A stretch of 24,000 nucleotides of DNA from an uncultured Actinomycetota bacterium. Its GTDB lineage: Bacteria; Actinomycetota; Actinomycetes; Actinomycetales; Dermatophilaceae. Numbering within the stretch: the stretch's first letter is position 1; every line of letters begins with the position of its first letter. Below the pieces are notes generated by a model. That model was given only the letters and a program-made list of their open reading frames with translations. It made no database searches and was not told where the DNA came from. A program made the position numbers and the translations under genes. Location of the stretch: the NCBI GenBank assembly GCA_963849965.1, contig CAWKJV010000018.1, positions 146,410 to 170,409 of the forward strand, written 5' to 3'. Positions 1 to 11,036 of the stretch are shown here, piece by piece.

Positions 1-876
1 GAGACGGCGCGAGAGGCCGTCGAGCCCCTCGGTCGAGTGGACGAAGACGACCGTCGGGGCGGCATACGTCTCCCCCGGGGCGAGGCGCACCTCGCCGGGA
101 GCCAGCAGCTCGCCGCCGCCGAGGACGGCGTGGTGGCGTCCGGCGCCCTCGGGCAGCGCCTCGACGAGGTGCTCGTGGTTGCCACTCCACGCGGTGTGCA
201 CCGCCCAGACTTCGCCTGTGCGCCAGTCGAACCCACGGGTGCCCACCATCATCAGCAACGTCGCGTCGTGGCCGGTGCGGCCGCGCCGGCTCGCGCGGAG
301 GTGGGTGCCGTGGTCGAGCCGGCTGCGCTGCGGCGACCGCTCACGGCACCAGCGACCGGTGAGGTCGAGCACCTCGTCGGCGCGCACGGGCAGCGGCAGG
401 ATCGCGCGCAGGGCCGAGACGTCGAGCGGCGCGCTGTCGTCGCTCGTGTTGGTCACGGACGCGTCGACGCGGAGCACACCGTGCTCGTCGAGGGCGTGCC
501 GCAGCTCGAGGCGTATGCCGTCCGGCGAGCTGGCGCGCGTCACGAGCGTGGTGCCCTCGGCGGCGCACGTCACGTCGTGCCACCGCACGGCGCCGGCGCC
601 CCCGTCCCGGTGACCCGACCAGCCGGGCGTGCCCGACCAGCCGTCGGCCTCGCCGGGCAGCACCGTGAGCGGCCAGGCTGCGTCGATCGCGCTGGGCGGG
701 ACCGGTGCCGTCGTGACGGCGGACAGGACGGCATACGTGCTGGCACCCCCCTCGAGCACCCCGCCCCAGTGGACCACCTCGGGCAGCCCCGAGCCGCCGG
801 GGCGCGGCTCGAGCACGAGCGCGGTCCCGGCGGACTCGATGTGGAGCGTGGACAGGTCGGTCGTCAGGTCGGTCAC
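1..876 (-). CDS. Alpha-galactosidase (GH36 family), N-terminal ~292 codons; the 3' end lies beyond the window start
   Basis: Hand translation of the minus strand from GTG (876..874) runs uninterrupted to position 1. It reads MTDLTTDLSTLHIESAG...LDLTGRWCRERSPQRSRLDHGTHLRASRRGRTGHDATLLMMVGTRGFDWRTGEVWAVHTAWSGNHEHLVE, typical of the GH36 N-terminal region. The start lies 1 nt after the stop of the upstream permease. The plus-strand ORF 37..963 is its antisense artefact. Confidence 0.8.
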   Translation of the reverse strand, partial: MTDLTTDLSTLHIESAGTALVLEPRPGGSGLPEVVHWGGVLEGGASTYAVLSAVTTAPVPPSAIDAAWPLTVLPGEADGWSGTPGWSGHRDGGAGAVRWHDVTCAAEGTTLVTRASSPDGIRLELRHALDEHGVLRVDASVTNTSDDSAPLDVSALRAILPLPVRADEVLDLTGRWCRERSPQRSRLDHGTHLRASRRGRTGHDATLLMMVGTRGFDWRTGEVWAVHTAWSGNHEHLVEALPEGAGRHHAVLGGGELLAPGEVRLAPGETYAAPTVVFVHSTEGLDGLSRRL

Positions 877-877
877 G

Positions 878-1800
878 TCATCCCTTGGTTGCGCCGAGCG
901 TCAGGCCGGCGACGAAGTGTCGTTGGAGCACGAAGAAGATCACGAGCGTCGGGATCGCGATGATCACGGATCCCGCTGCCACGAGGTTGTTGTCGGTGAA
1001 GAACTGGCCCCGCAGGTTGTTGATCGAGCTGGTGACCGGATACTTGTCGCCCTGTTGGAGCAGCACGGTGGCCCAGAAGAACTCGTTGTAGATCCACGTC
1101 GTCTGCAGCACGGCGAGTGCAGCGATAGCCGGACGGCACAGCGGCAGCGTGATCTGGAAGAACTGCCGCGTGACGCTCGCACCGTCGATGACAGCCGACT
1201 CGTAGAGCTCGCGGGGCAGGGCCTTCATGTAGTTGCTCAGCACGAAGGCGCAGAAGCCGATCTGGAACGCCATGTTGACGAGGATCAGACCGAGGAGGCT
1301 GTTGAGCAGCGTGCCCGAGTCGCTGACCCACAGCGGCACCTCGATGGCGCGGAACATCCGGTAGACCGGGATGAGCAGCGCCTGCGGCGGCAAGCAGGTT
1401 CGCGGCCAGGAAGAAGCCGAGCAGCGCGAGGTTGAACTTGTACGAGAAGCGCGCGACGACGAAGGCGACGCAGCACGGACAGGAAGAGCGTGAGGATCAC
1501 CGCCGGAACCGTGATGATCAGCGAGTTCATGAAGTGCAGCCCGAAGTCGCCCTGCTGCCAGGCGTTCTTGTAGTTGTCGAGCGTGAAGCCGCCCCACGAG
1601 ACGTAGCCGTTCTTGGCGGTGTAGGCGTAGTCGCGGAACGAGTTGACCAGGGCGAGCAGCAGCGGGAAGAGCCAGATCAGCGAGATGAGGGTCAGGACGA
1701 GCGGCAGGAACCAGCGCCGGCCCGGACCGCGGCGCCGCCCTCACGCGGACTTGAGCATCGCCTGCTGGCGCTCCTCGACCGGGTTCGGGGTGACGGACAT
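878..1800 (-). pseudogene. ABC sugar transporter permease (MalG-like, CUT1 family), disrupted as sequenced by one in-frame TGA and two +1 frameshifts
   Basis: ATG at 1800..1798 follows AAGGAGGA (1814..1807) at SD distance. The spliced reading is MSVTPNPVEERQQAMLKSA[TGA 1743..1741]GRRRGPGRRWFLPLVLTLISLIWLFPLL...FMNSLIITVPAVILTLFLSV / CVAFVVARFSYKFNLALLGFFLAANLL / PPQALLIPVYRMF...ESAVIDGASVTRQFFQITLP...LGATKG*. Frame changes sit near 1470-1476 and 1388-1393. Length 923 nt = 3n+2, consistent with two extra bases. Confidence 0.8.
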
Positions 1801-1802
1801 GG

Positions 1803-2697
1803 TCAGTCCTCCTTCATGGCGATGCGCAGGTAGATGACGACGAGCACGCTGGAGATGAGCAGCATGATCGTCGCGAGCGCCGACCCGAAGCCGATGCGGC
1901 TCGCCTCCCCGACGACGTTCTGGGTGACGAGGGCCCCGATGAGCTCGAGACCGTTGCGGCCCTTGTTGATCACCCAGACGATGTCGAAGGCCCGCAACGA
2001 CTCGATGAAGGTCACGACGACGACGATGATGTTGATCGGCCGCATGACCGGGAAGACGACCCGGAAGAACGTCGTCGTCTCGCTCGCGCCGTCGATCTTG
2101 GCCGCCTCGCGCAGCGACGGGTCGACGCCTTTGAGGCCGGCCAGGTAGAGCAGCATGATGTAGCCGGCGTGCCGCCAGCTGGCGGCGACCAGGACGGCCC
2201 AGAGGTTGACGTTCGGGTCGCCGTACCAGTCGGTCGTGCCCCCCGTGATCGCGTTGAGCAGGCCCTGGTCGCGCGAGTAGATCAGCTGCCAGATGAAGCC
2301 GATGAGGGCCAGCGAGAGCACCACCGGCAGGTAGATGCTCGTCTGGTAGAACCGCGTGCCCGCCACCCCACGGTCGACGAGCACCGCGAAGAGCATGCCG
2401 AGCGGGGTCGCGATGAGGAACAGCACCGCGAGCCAGATCAGGTTGTGCTGGATCGCCGGCCAGAACGGCGGGTAGATCGTCGCGATGTCCCGGTAGTTCT
2501 GCAGCCCCACCGGCTTGATGCCGGAGAGCGGCCCGATCCCGTCCCAGTTGGTGAAGGAGAGCAGGACCGTGCCGATCGCCGGGAGCCAGACGAGCCACAC
2601 GACGATGAGCGTCGGCACGATGACCATGAGGCCGACGACGACCTTGTCGCGTGTCGAGAGCTGGTCGATTCCCTTGTACTTTCGTCTTGCTCGCCAT
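1803..2697 (-). pseudogene. ABC sugar transporter permease (MalF-like, CUT1 family), with one +1 frameshift about 6 codons after the start; the ORF body 1803..2627 is intact
   Basis: ORF 1803..2627 encodes a typical permease (LREAAKIDGASETTTFFRVVFPVMRP, EAA-loop region). ATG at 2697 with GGGAGG upstream gives MASKTK, then the frame slips at the AAA/TTT run (~2680) into (K)YKGIDQLSTRDKVVVGLMVIVPTL. Length 895 nt = 3n+1. Confidence 0.8.
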
Positions 2698-2714
2698 GGC
2701 GGCTCGCCTCCCGG

Positions 2715-4068
2715 TCAGGAACCGAAGATGCTCTTCTTCTGGGCCTGGATGCTCGTGCAGCAGGCCGTCGATGTCCTTCGGGTTCTTGATGAAGCTCTGG
2801 ATCGCCGGGATCATCACGGTCGAGGCGAAGTCGGGGCGGGTGTCGCGGTCCATGAACTGCGTGATCGACTTGGCGGACTTGACGAACTCGAGCGACTTCT
2901 TCTGCAGGGCCGTGTAGCCGCTCGTGTCGGCCGTGCCGTTCGTCGCGATGACGCTCGGGTCGGCCTTGAGGGCGAGCAGCTGGGCCTCGGGCTGCGAGAT
3001 GTACTGGAGCAGCTTCTTGGCGGCGGCCTCGTTCTTCGGCTTGGCGCTCATCATGTAGCCGTCGATCGGGGCCTCGACGGCGTCGGTGCCGATCGTCGAG
3101 TCGATCTCGGGGAACCCGAAGAAGTCGAGGTCGTCCTGCTCGGCGCCCTTGGCGAACTGCTGGGCGAGGAAGGAGCCGAGGACGTACATGCCCGACTTCT
3201 TCTGCTGGAGCGACTGCGCCGCCTCCTGCCAGGTGCGACCGAGCGAGTCGGCCTGGTGCAACGGGAGGATGCCGGCCCAGGTGTCGAAGACCTTCTTGAC
3301 CTTGGGGTCGGTCCAGTCCTCCTTGCCGGCCATCAGGCTGACGTGGAAGTCGTAGCCGTTGACGCGCAGGTTGATCTGGTCGAAGGTGCCCATGGCGGGC
3401 CAGCCGTCCTTGTCGCCGAAGGCGATCGGGGCGAGGCCGTCCTTCTTCATCTGCGCGCCGAGCGCGTTGAGCTCGTCGAGGGTCTTGGGGACCTGGTAGC
3501 CCTTGTCCTTGAAGACGCTCTTGCGGTAGAAGACCGCCCACGGGTAGTTGGTGATCGGCACGAAGTACTGCTTGCCGTCGGCGCCGGTCGAGGCCTTCTT
3601 GAGGGCGTCGCTCATGCCGGTGATGTTCTTCCACACGTCGGAGAGGTCGCCGACGAGGCCCTTCTCGGCGAAGAACTGCATGCGGTAGCCGGCGAACCAC
3701 GTGAAGACGTCGTCCGGCGAGCCCTGCAGGTAGTTGTTGATGTTCTCCTGGAAGGAGTTGTGGTCGACGGTGTTGATCTTGACCGTCGTGCCGGGGTTCG
3801 CCTTGGCGAAGGCGTCCATGTAGGACTGGACGGCGGCCTTCGGCACGGCGTCGGACTGGTTGGAGCCGACGGTCACGGTGCCGGTGACGGCCCCCGTCGG
3901 GACGCCGGTGCTGCTCGTGCCGCTGGAGCTGCACGCGGCGAGGCCGCCGGCTCCGAGCAGGGCGCCGACGCCGAGGGCGCCGCGCAGCAGGGTCCGGCGG
4001 TCGACGCCGCGGACGGAGGGGGGAACCATGCGGGCCAGGTACTCGGCCTCGCTCGAGGGGCGGGTCAT
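2715..4068 (-). pseudogene. Extracellular sugar-binding lipoprotein of an ABC transporter (family 1 SBP), with one +1 frameshift ~12 codons before the stop
   Basis: ATG at 4068 follows AAGGAG (minus strand). The N-terminus MTRPSSEAEYLARMVPPSVRGVDRRTLLRGALGVGALLGAGGLAACSSSG has an RR signal and an LAAC lipobox. The body is typical of sugar SBPs. Near 2750 the frame breaks: ...NPKDIDGLLHE then, shifted by one base, IQAQKKSIFGS* with TGA at 2717..2715. Uncorrected, the ORF reads through to 1741, which produces the 913-aa chimera in the track. Length 1354 nt = 3n+1. Confidence 0.8.
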
Positions 4069-4451
4069 TGCGGTCTCCTTTGACGCTGTGCCGGGTTCGT
4101 TGTCAGGCAAAGGGACAGAGTCGAACATCCGCCACCAGAAACCTCCAACAACAAACAGAGGATGTCGGCGCCCGCAGGCCCTGTCAAGAGATTCGTCGAG
4201 ACCCACAGACGTCCGCGGCCGAACCGAGACCAACGCAGCAGCCCCAGAGCCGGATGTACACCGTTGTAAACGGAATTCGCGCCCATAAGAGGCGGAGTGA
4301 CCGTGCCGGCGGTCGCGTCCACGAGCAGCGTGCCCGCTCGACCGCCTTGCGCGGCCGGCGCCGTCGCAGCGTCGACAGTCGCGCAACTTACCGAATGATC
4401 GTGTTTGAAAATGTTGACATCGCTGAGCGCCAAGGAGACACCCTGTGTCCC
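4069..4451. promoter_or_regulatory. Divergent intergenic control region between the ABC/alpha-galactosidase operon (minus) and the bga-deoR-galTK operon (plus)
   Basis: This 383-bp stretch is noticeably less GC-rich than its flanks. On the minus strand, TTGACA (4187..4182) is followed by N17 and CATCCT, upstream of the SBP gene. On the plus strand, TTGACA sits at 4414-4419 and AAGGAG at 4431-4436 ahead of the bga start. A perfect 13-bp palindrome CCGTTGTAAACGG lies at 4261-4273. TGTTTGAAAATGTTGAC lies at 4402-4418. Confidence 0.5.
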
Positions 4452-6450
4452 ATGCGCTCATGGCCGACGAAGACCCTGGCACTCGGTGGCGACTACAACC
4501 CGGAGCAGTGGCCTCGCCCTGTCTGGGACGAGGACGTCGAGCTGATGCAGCGCGCCAACATCTCGTTCGTCAGCCTCGGCATCTTCTCGTGGAGCTGGCT
4601 CGAGCCGGCCAAGGGCGAGTACGAGTTCGAGTGGCTCGACACGATCCTCGACAAGCTCCACGCCGGCGGCATCGCCGTCGACCTGGCAACCGCGACCGCG
4701 ACGCCGCCGCCGTGGCTCTCGGCCGCCCACCCCGAGATCCTGCCCGTCGACGTCGACGGCCACACGCTGTGGCCGGGCAGCCGGCAGACCTGGTGCCCCA
4801 CGTCACCCGTCTTCCGTGACTACGCCGTGGCCCTGACCCGGCAGCTGGCCACCCGCTACCACGAGCACCCGGCCCTCGCGATGTGGCACGTCTCCAACGA
4901 GTACGCGTGCCACAACCTGCCCTGCTACTGCGACGAGTGCGCCCGCCACTTCCGCGCCTGGCTGCAGCGCCGCTACGTGACCCTGGACGTCCTCAACGAC
5001 GCGTGGGGCACCGCCTTCTGGAGCCAGCGCTACACCGACTGGGAGCAGATCCTGCCCCCGCGGCGGTCGACGACCTTCAACAACCCGACCCACGTGCTCG
5101 ACTACAAGCGCTTCAGCTCCGATGCCCTGCTCGAGCACATGCGAGCCGAGCGCGCGGTGCTCGACGAGCTCTCCCCCGGCGTGCCGGTGACGACGAACTT
5201 CATGACGCTCGACCACTTCCGCCACCTCGACTACTCGCAGTGGACGCCCACCGTCGACGTCGTCAGCACCGACCACTACATCGTCGACGCGCTGGCGCAC
5301 CCCCGCGCCGAGCTCGCCTACAGCGGCGACCTGACGCGGGGTCTCGCCGGCGGCGCGCCGTGGATGCTCATGGAGCACTCGACGAGCGCCGTCAACTGGC
5401 AGCCGACCAACCACGCCAAGGCCTTCGGCCAGACGATCCGCGACGCGCTCGCCCACGTGGCCCGCGGCGCCGACACCATCGGCTGGTTCCAGTGGCGCCA
5501 GTCGCGCGCCGGGTCGGAGAAGTTCCACAGCGCCGTCGTCCCGCACGCGGGCGCCGACAGCGCCCGTTTCCGCGAGGTCGAGGAGCTCGGCCGCATCGCC
5601 GGCCGTCTCGGCGAGCTCGTCGGCAGCCGCGTCGAGTCCCGCGTCGCGATCCTCCATGACTACCAGGCGATCTGGGCCGCCGAGGGACCGTGCATGCCGA
5701 GCTCCGAGCTCGACGCCCTGGCCGCGGCGCAGGCGATCCACCGAGCGCTGCACGACCGCGGGGTCACGGCGGACGTCGTGCACCCGTCAGCCGACCTCAC
5801 GGCATACGACCTCGTCGTCGTGCCGCAGCTCTACCTCGTCAGCGACGAGCACGCCGCGGGCATCGCGGCCGCCGCCGAGGCGGGAGCACAGGTGCTCGTC
5901 ACCTACTTCTCCGGGATCAGCGACGAGAACGACCACGTCCGGCTCGGCGGCTACCCCGGCGCGTTCCGCGACCTGCTCGGCGTCCGCGTCGAGGAGTTCT
6001 TCCCACTCGGCCCGGACGAGACGGTGGCCCTCGGCAAGGGCACCGGCACGTGGTGGAGCGAGGACGTGACCGCCCTGCCCGGCACCGACGTGCTGACGAC
6101 GTATGCCGCGGGTCCCCTCACCGGCCGACCCGCGGTCACCCGTCGGGCCGGTGACGACAACGCCGGATCTGCCTGGTACCTCAGCACCCTCCCTGACGAC
6201 GCGACCCTCGGCGCCCTGCTCGACGACGTGCTCTCCGCCGCCCGGCGTCGAGCCCGCCGTGCCCGGTCTTCCCCGCGGCGTCGAGACGACCCGCCGCAGC
6301 GACGGGAGCCGCTCGTGGCTCTTCCTGCTCAACCACACGGACACGGCGCACACCATCTCCGCAAGTGGGTACGACCTCGTCGCGGACGCCCCTGTCGACG
6401 GCACCGTCCGCCTCGCCCCGGGTGGCGTGGCCGTGCTCAGAGAGGACTGA
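4452..6450 (+). pseudogene. Beta-galactosidase (GH42 family), with one +1 frameshift at the CCC run 6241-6243
   Basis: MRSWPTKTLALGGDYNPEQWP...MWHVSNEYACHNLPCYCDECARHFRAWL...GWFQWRQSRAGSEKFHSAVVPH are hallmark GH42 segments. After ...LDDVLSAA the true C-terminus GVEPAVPGLPRGVETTRRSDGSRSWLFLLNHTDTAHTISASGYDLV...VRLAPGGVAVLRED* continues in the +1 frame (ORF 6103..6450). Length 1999 nt = 3n+1. A GTG at 4445 is better spaced from the SD but lies in another frame, so the start is uncertain. Confidence 0.85.
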
Positions 6451-6452
6451 CG

Positions 6453-7229
6453 ATGCTCGCCAGCCAGCGGCGGTCGGTCATCCTCGAGCTCGTCGAGGAG
6501 TCGGGCGCCGTCAAGGTGTCCGACCTCGTCGAGCGCCTCGGCGTGTCCGACATGACGATCCGCCGCGACATCGAGCGCCTGTCGACCGACGGCCTGCTCG
6601 AGCGCGTGCACGGGGGCGCCCTGGCGCTCGGCGACACCCGCAGCAGCGAGGAGCCCGGCTTCTCGGCGAAGTCGCTGCTCCAGCGGGCCCAGAAGCAGGC
6701 CATCGCCAAGACCGCGGCGCAGCGCGTCGAGGTCGGCAGCGCCATCGGCATCTCGGCCGGCACGACGACCTACGAGCTGGCCCGCGCCGTCAAGGACATC
6801 CCGCAGCTGACCGTGGTGACCAACTCCGTCCCCGTCGCGCAGCTGCTCCACGAGTCGGGCGCACCGGGCCAGACGGTCGTGCTGACCGGTGGGGTGCGCA
6901 CGCCCTCCGACGCCCTCGTCGGCCCGGTCGCCGTCTCGGCCCTGCGCGCCCTCCACGTCGACCTGCTCTTCCTCGGCGCGCACGGCGTCGACGACCGGAC
7001 CGGCCTGACCACCCCCAACCTCGTCGAGGCCGAGACCAACCAGGCCCTCATCTCGTCCGCGCGGCACGTGTGCCTGCTCGCCGACTCCTCGAAGTGGGGC
7101 ACCGTCGGGCTCAGCACCTTCGCCGACCTCGCCGACGTCGACCTGTTCGTCACCGACTCCGCCCTCCCGGAGCGCGCCCGCGCGGCCGCGCGCGAGGTCG
7201 TCGGCTCCCTCGAGATCGTGGAGGCATGA
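6453..7229 (+). CDS. DeoR-family transcriptional regulator (HTH plus sugar-phosphate-binding DeoR C-terminal domain)
   Basis: Intact 258 codons: MLASQRRSVILELVEESGAVKVSDLVERLGVSDMTIRRDIERLSTDGLLERVHGGA...GISAGTTTYELA...VVTNS...LTGG...FLGAHGV. It appears fused to bga in the ORF track only because of the bga frameshift. Confidence 0.85.
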   Translation: MLASQRRSVILELVEESGAVKVSDLVERLGVSDMTIRRDIERLSTDGLLERVHGGALALGDTRSSEEPGFSAKSLLQRAQKQAIAKTAAQRVEVGSAIGISAGTTTYELARAVKDIPQLTVVTNSVPVAQLLHESGAPGQTVVLTGGVRTPSDALVGPVAVSALRALHVDLLFLGAHGVDDRTGLTTPNLVEAETNQALISSARHVCLLADSSKWGTVGLSTFADLADVDLFVTDSALPERARAAAREVVGSLEIVEA

Positions 7230-8353
7230 TGTCGACCTCGAGCCGGACCAGCATCCGTTTCACGTCGCGGAGCCTCGCCGACGGTCGCGAGATCATCTAC
7301 GTCGACGAGCCGGGCACGCCCGAGCGCACCGCCGAGGACCCGCGCCCGGTCGAGCCGCGGGTGCAGTCGGGCGAGCTGCGCCACGACGCGCTCGTCGACG
7401 ACTGGGTCGCCGTCGCCGCGCACCGCCAGCACCGCACCTTCATGCCGCCCAAGGACGAGTGCCCGCTCTGCCCCGCCGGGCACGGGTCGGTGCCGTCGGA
7501 GATCCCCGAGCGGGACTACCAGGTCGTCGTCTTCGAGAACCGGTTCCCGTCGTATGCCGTCACCTCGGTCGGTGCCGAGGCCCCCGACCCGAGCGGCATC
7601 TTCGGCACCCGCCCAGCCGTCGGCCGCTGCGAGGTCGTGTGCTTCACGAGCGACCACGAGTCCTCGTTCAAGGACCTGCCCGGTCGAGCGGGTGCGCACC
7701 GTCATCGACACGTGGGCCCAGCGCACCGAGGCCCTGGGCGCCATCCCGGAGGTCGAGCAGGTCTTCGCCTTCGAGAACCGCGGTCGCGAGATCGGCGTGA
7801 CACTCCCGCACCCGCACGGCCAGATCTACGCCTACCCCTACGTGCCCGACCGGACGAAGTCGCTGCTCGAGGCGGCTCGCCGCCACCACGAGCGCACCGG
7901 TCGGCTCCTCGGCGCCGACATCCTCGCCGCCGAGCAGGCCGACGGCTCGAGGGTCGTCGTCTCGGGGACGCACTGGACGGCATACGTCCCCTTCGCAGCG
8001 CGCTGGCCGCTCGAGGTGCACCTGGCCCCGCACCGCGACGTGCCCGACCTCGTGGCGCTCGACGACGAGGAGCGCGACGAGCTGGCCGTCATCTACCGCG
8101 ACCTGCTCGGCCGCCTCGACCGCTACTACGTCAACGAGGACGGCTCGCCGGTCACGCTGCCCTACATCGCCGCCTGGCAGCAGGCCCCGGCGAAGACCGG
8201 GCGCGACGTCTCGCGGCTGCACCTGCAGCTCATGTCGGTGCTGCGCGGGCCGGGGCGCCTGAAGTTCCTCGCCGGCTCCGAGTCCGGCGTCGGCGGCTGG
8301 GTCAACGACGTCGCCCCGGAGAGGGCCGCGGCTCGACTGCGGGAGGTCGCCCC

Positions 8354-8357
<4 letters not shown>
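7226..8357 (+). pseudogene. galT: Galactose-1-phosphate uridylyltransferase, with one +1 frameshift at the CCC run 7679-7681
   Basis: The ATG at 7226 overlaps the deoR stop (ATGA). The N-terminal part contains CPLCPAG and VVVFENRFPS...CEVVCFTSDHESSFKDLP. It then continues in the +1 frame as VERVRTVIDTWAQRTEAL...FENRGREIGVTLPHPHGQIYAYPYVP, which carries the HPH active site. Length 1132 nt = 3n+1. Confidence 0.85.
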
Positions 8358-9540
<1,183 letters not shown>

Positions 9541-9639
9541 CGTGATGCCCGACGGCCGGGGCCGGGCTCTGGCGGGGCTTGTCCGGCGTTCTCCGGCGCT
9601 CGTCGCTGCCGCGCGGTCGCTGTGGCTAGGGTGCGAACC

Positions 9640-11033
9640 ATGACCTCGGCGACGTCGCCTGCCACGAGCCCGGCCCTGCCGGCATGCGGTGCGGCGCGGC
9701 TACGGCCTGGGCTCGGTGGCGACCGGCGCCTTCGGCACGGTGCCGGGCCTGCTCCTGCTGCCCTACCTCACCGACCGGATCGGCGTGACCGGCCGCCGCT
9801 GGCGGGGGTCATCGTCTTCGCGCCCAAGGCCTGGGACGTCGTGCTCAACCCCGTCGTCGGGCGGATCAGCGACCGCTCGACCGCACCCCGACGGCAAGCG
9901 CCGGCCCTTCCTCATCCGCGTCGGCCTGCCCTCGCCGCCTGCTTCGCGCTGCTCTTCCTCGGACCGACGTCGCCGCAGTGGGCGGGAGCAGCGTGGGTGG
10001 CCGTCGCCTACCTCGCCTGCGCGACGGCATACAGCTTCTTCCAGGTGCCCTACGTCGCGATGCCCGCCGAGATCACCGACGACTACGACGAGCGGACCCG
10101 GCTCATGACGTGGCGGGTCGCCATCCTCGCCTTCGCCATCCTCGTCAGCGGCGGCGCTCTCCCCCGTCATCCGCGACGCCTTCGGGCCCGAGTGGGGCTA
10201 CCGGGCCGTCGGCTTCTTCGTCGCGGCGCTCATCGCGCTCGGCGCGTGGGGCGCGTGGCACGGCACGAAGCGGGCGCGGGTCGTCGCGAGCGCCGTCGAC
10301 GAGCACCTCCTTCGGCGACCAGCTGCGGCTCATCCGCGCCGACCGGCCCTTCCGGCTGCTCCTGACGACCTTCGTCCTCCAGGCGCTCGCGACCGGCGCG
10401 ATGCTCGCCGGCGTCGACTACGTCGCCCGGTAGGTGCTCGGCTCCCCCAACTGCCGCCGAGCCTGCTCTTCGTCTGCTTCGTCGCCCCGGCGCTCGTCGT
10501 CACGCCGCTCTGGCAGCGCTACGGCACGGCTCGCGACAAGAAGCGCGGCTACCTCCTCGCGTCCGCTCCTCCTCGGCGGAGGCGCGCTCGCGCTCGTCCT
10601 GTCGCGGTCGCTGCCCGAGTCGGCGTCGTCTACGCTGTGCGTCGCCGTCGTCGGGCGTCGGCTACGCCGGGCGCGCAGATGTTCCCGATGGCGATGCTCC
10701 CCGACGTCGCGAGCCGCACGGGCGAGGCGCGCAGCGCGGGTCGGGCTCTACACGGGCGTGTGGACCGCCGGGGAGACGCTCGGCCTGGCCCTCGGTCCCG
10801 CCGTGTATGCCGCCGTGCTGGCTCTCGGTGGCTACGTGTCGTCGACGGGATCGGCCGTCCCCCAGCCGGACTCGGCCGTGACGGCGATCGCGCTCGGCTT
10901 CTCGCTCGTCCCCGCCGCCCTCGTCGCGGTCTCGCTGCTCGCCCTGCGCGGCTTCCCGCTCGACCGCTATCGACGCCCGCGACCCCGGACCCACCCCGAT
11001 ACCGAAGTGACGGATGCGCGACCTGGACGGTGA
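9640..11033 (+). pseudogene. Glycoside-pentoside-hexuronide (GPH/MelB-like) cation symporter, heavily disrupted (in-frame TAG plus at least 12 frame changes)
   Basis: The family sequence is recoverable only by splicing all three frames: YGLGSVATGAFGTVPGLLLLPYLTDRIGV / LAGVIVFAPKAWDVVLNPVVGRISDRST / HPDGKRRPFLIRVGLP / LAACFALLFLGP...YSFFQVPYVAMPAEITDDYDERTRLMTWRVAILAFAILVSG / PVIRDAFGPEWGYRAVGFFVAALIALGAW / FGDQLRLIRADRPFRLLLTTFVLQALATGAMLAGVDYVAR[TAG]VLGSP / LLFVCFVAPALVVTPLWQRYG... / AQMFPMAMLPDV / LYTGVWTAGETLGLALGPAVYAAVLALGGYV. Confidence 0.7.
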
Positions 11034-11036
11034 CCG

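Noticed and set aside
37-963. 308-aa plus-strand ORF covering the start of the window
   Set aside because: It is Arg/Gly/His-rich and has no family resemblance. It lies exactly antisense to a clean GH36 alpha-galactosidase frame on the minus strand, so it is a typical high-GC shadow ORF.
2515-4083. 522-aa plus-strand ORF, with similar long plus-strand ORFs at 14332..15768 and 22734..23664
   Set aside because: They are antisense to the SBP, the SNF2 helicase and the ABC exporter respectively. They have no motifs and a biased composition.
1741-4482. 913-aa minus-strand ORF
   Set aside because: It is a chimera. Its upstream ~140 codons (4482..4069) are intergenic sequence. Only the central part (4068..~2750) is the genuine sugar-binding protein. 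After the frameshift near 2750 it continues out of frame across the MalF-like permease as Arg/Pro-rich nonsense.
4068-7229. 1053-aa plus-strand ORF apparently fusing beta-galactosidase and the DeoR regulator
   Set aside because: The first ~128 codons (4068-4451) are intergenic. The fusion arises only because the +1 frameshift at 6241-6243 removes the bga stop at 6448-6450 from the frame. The two genes are separate, with deoR having its own ATG at 6453.
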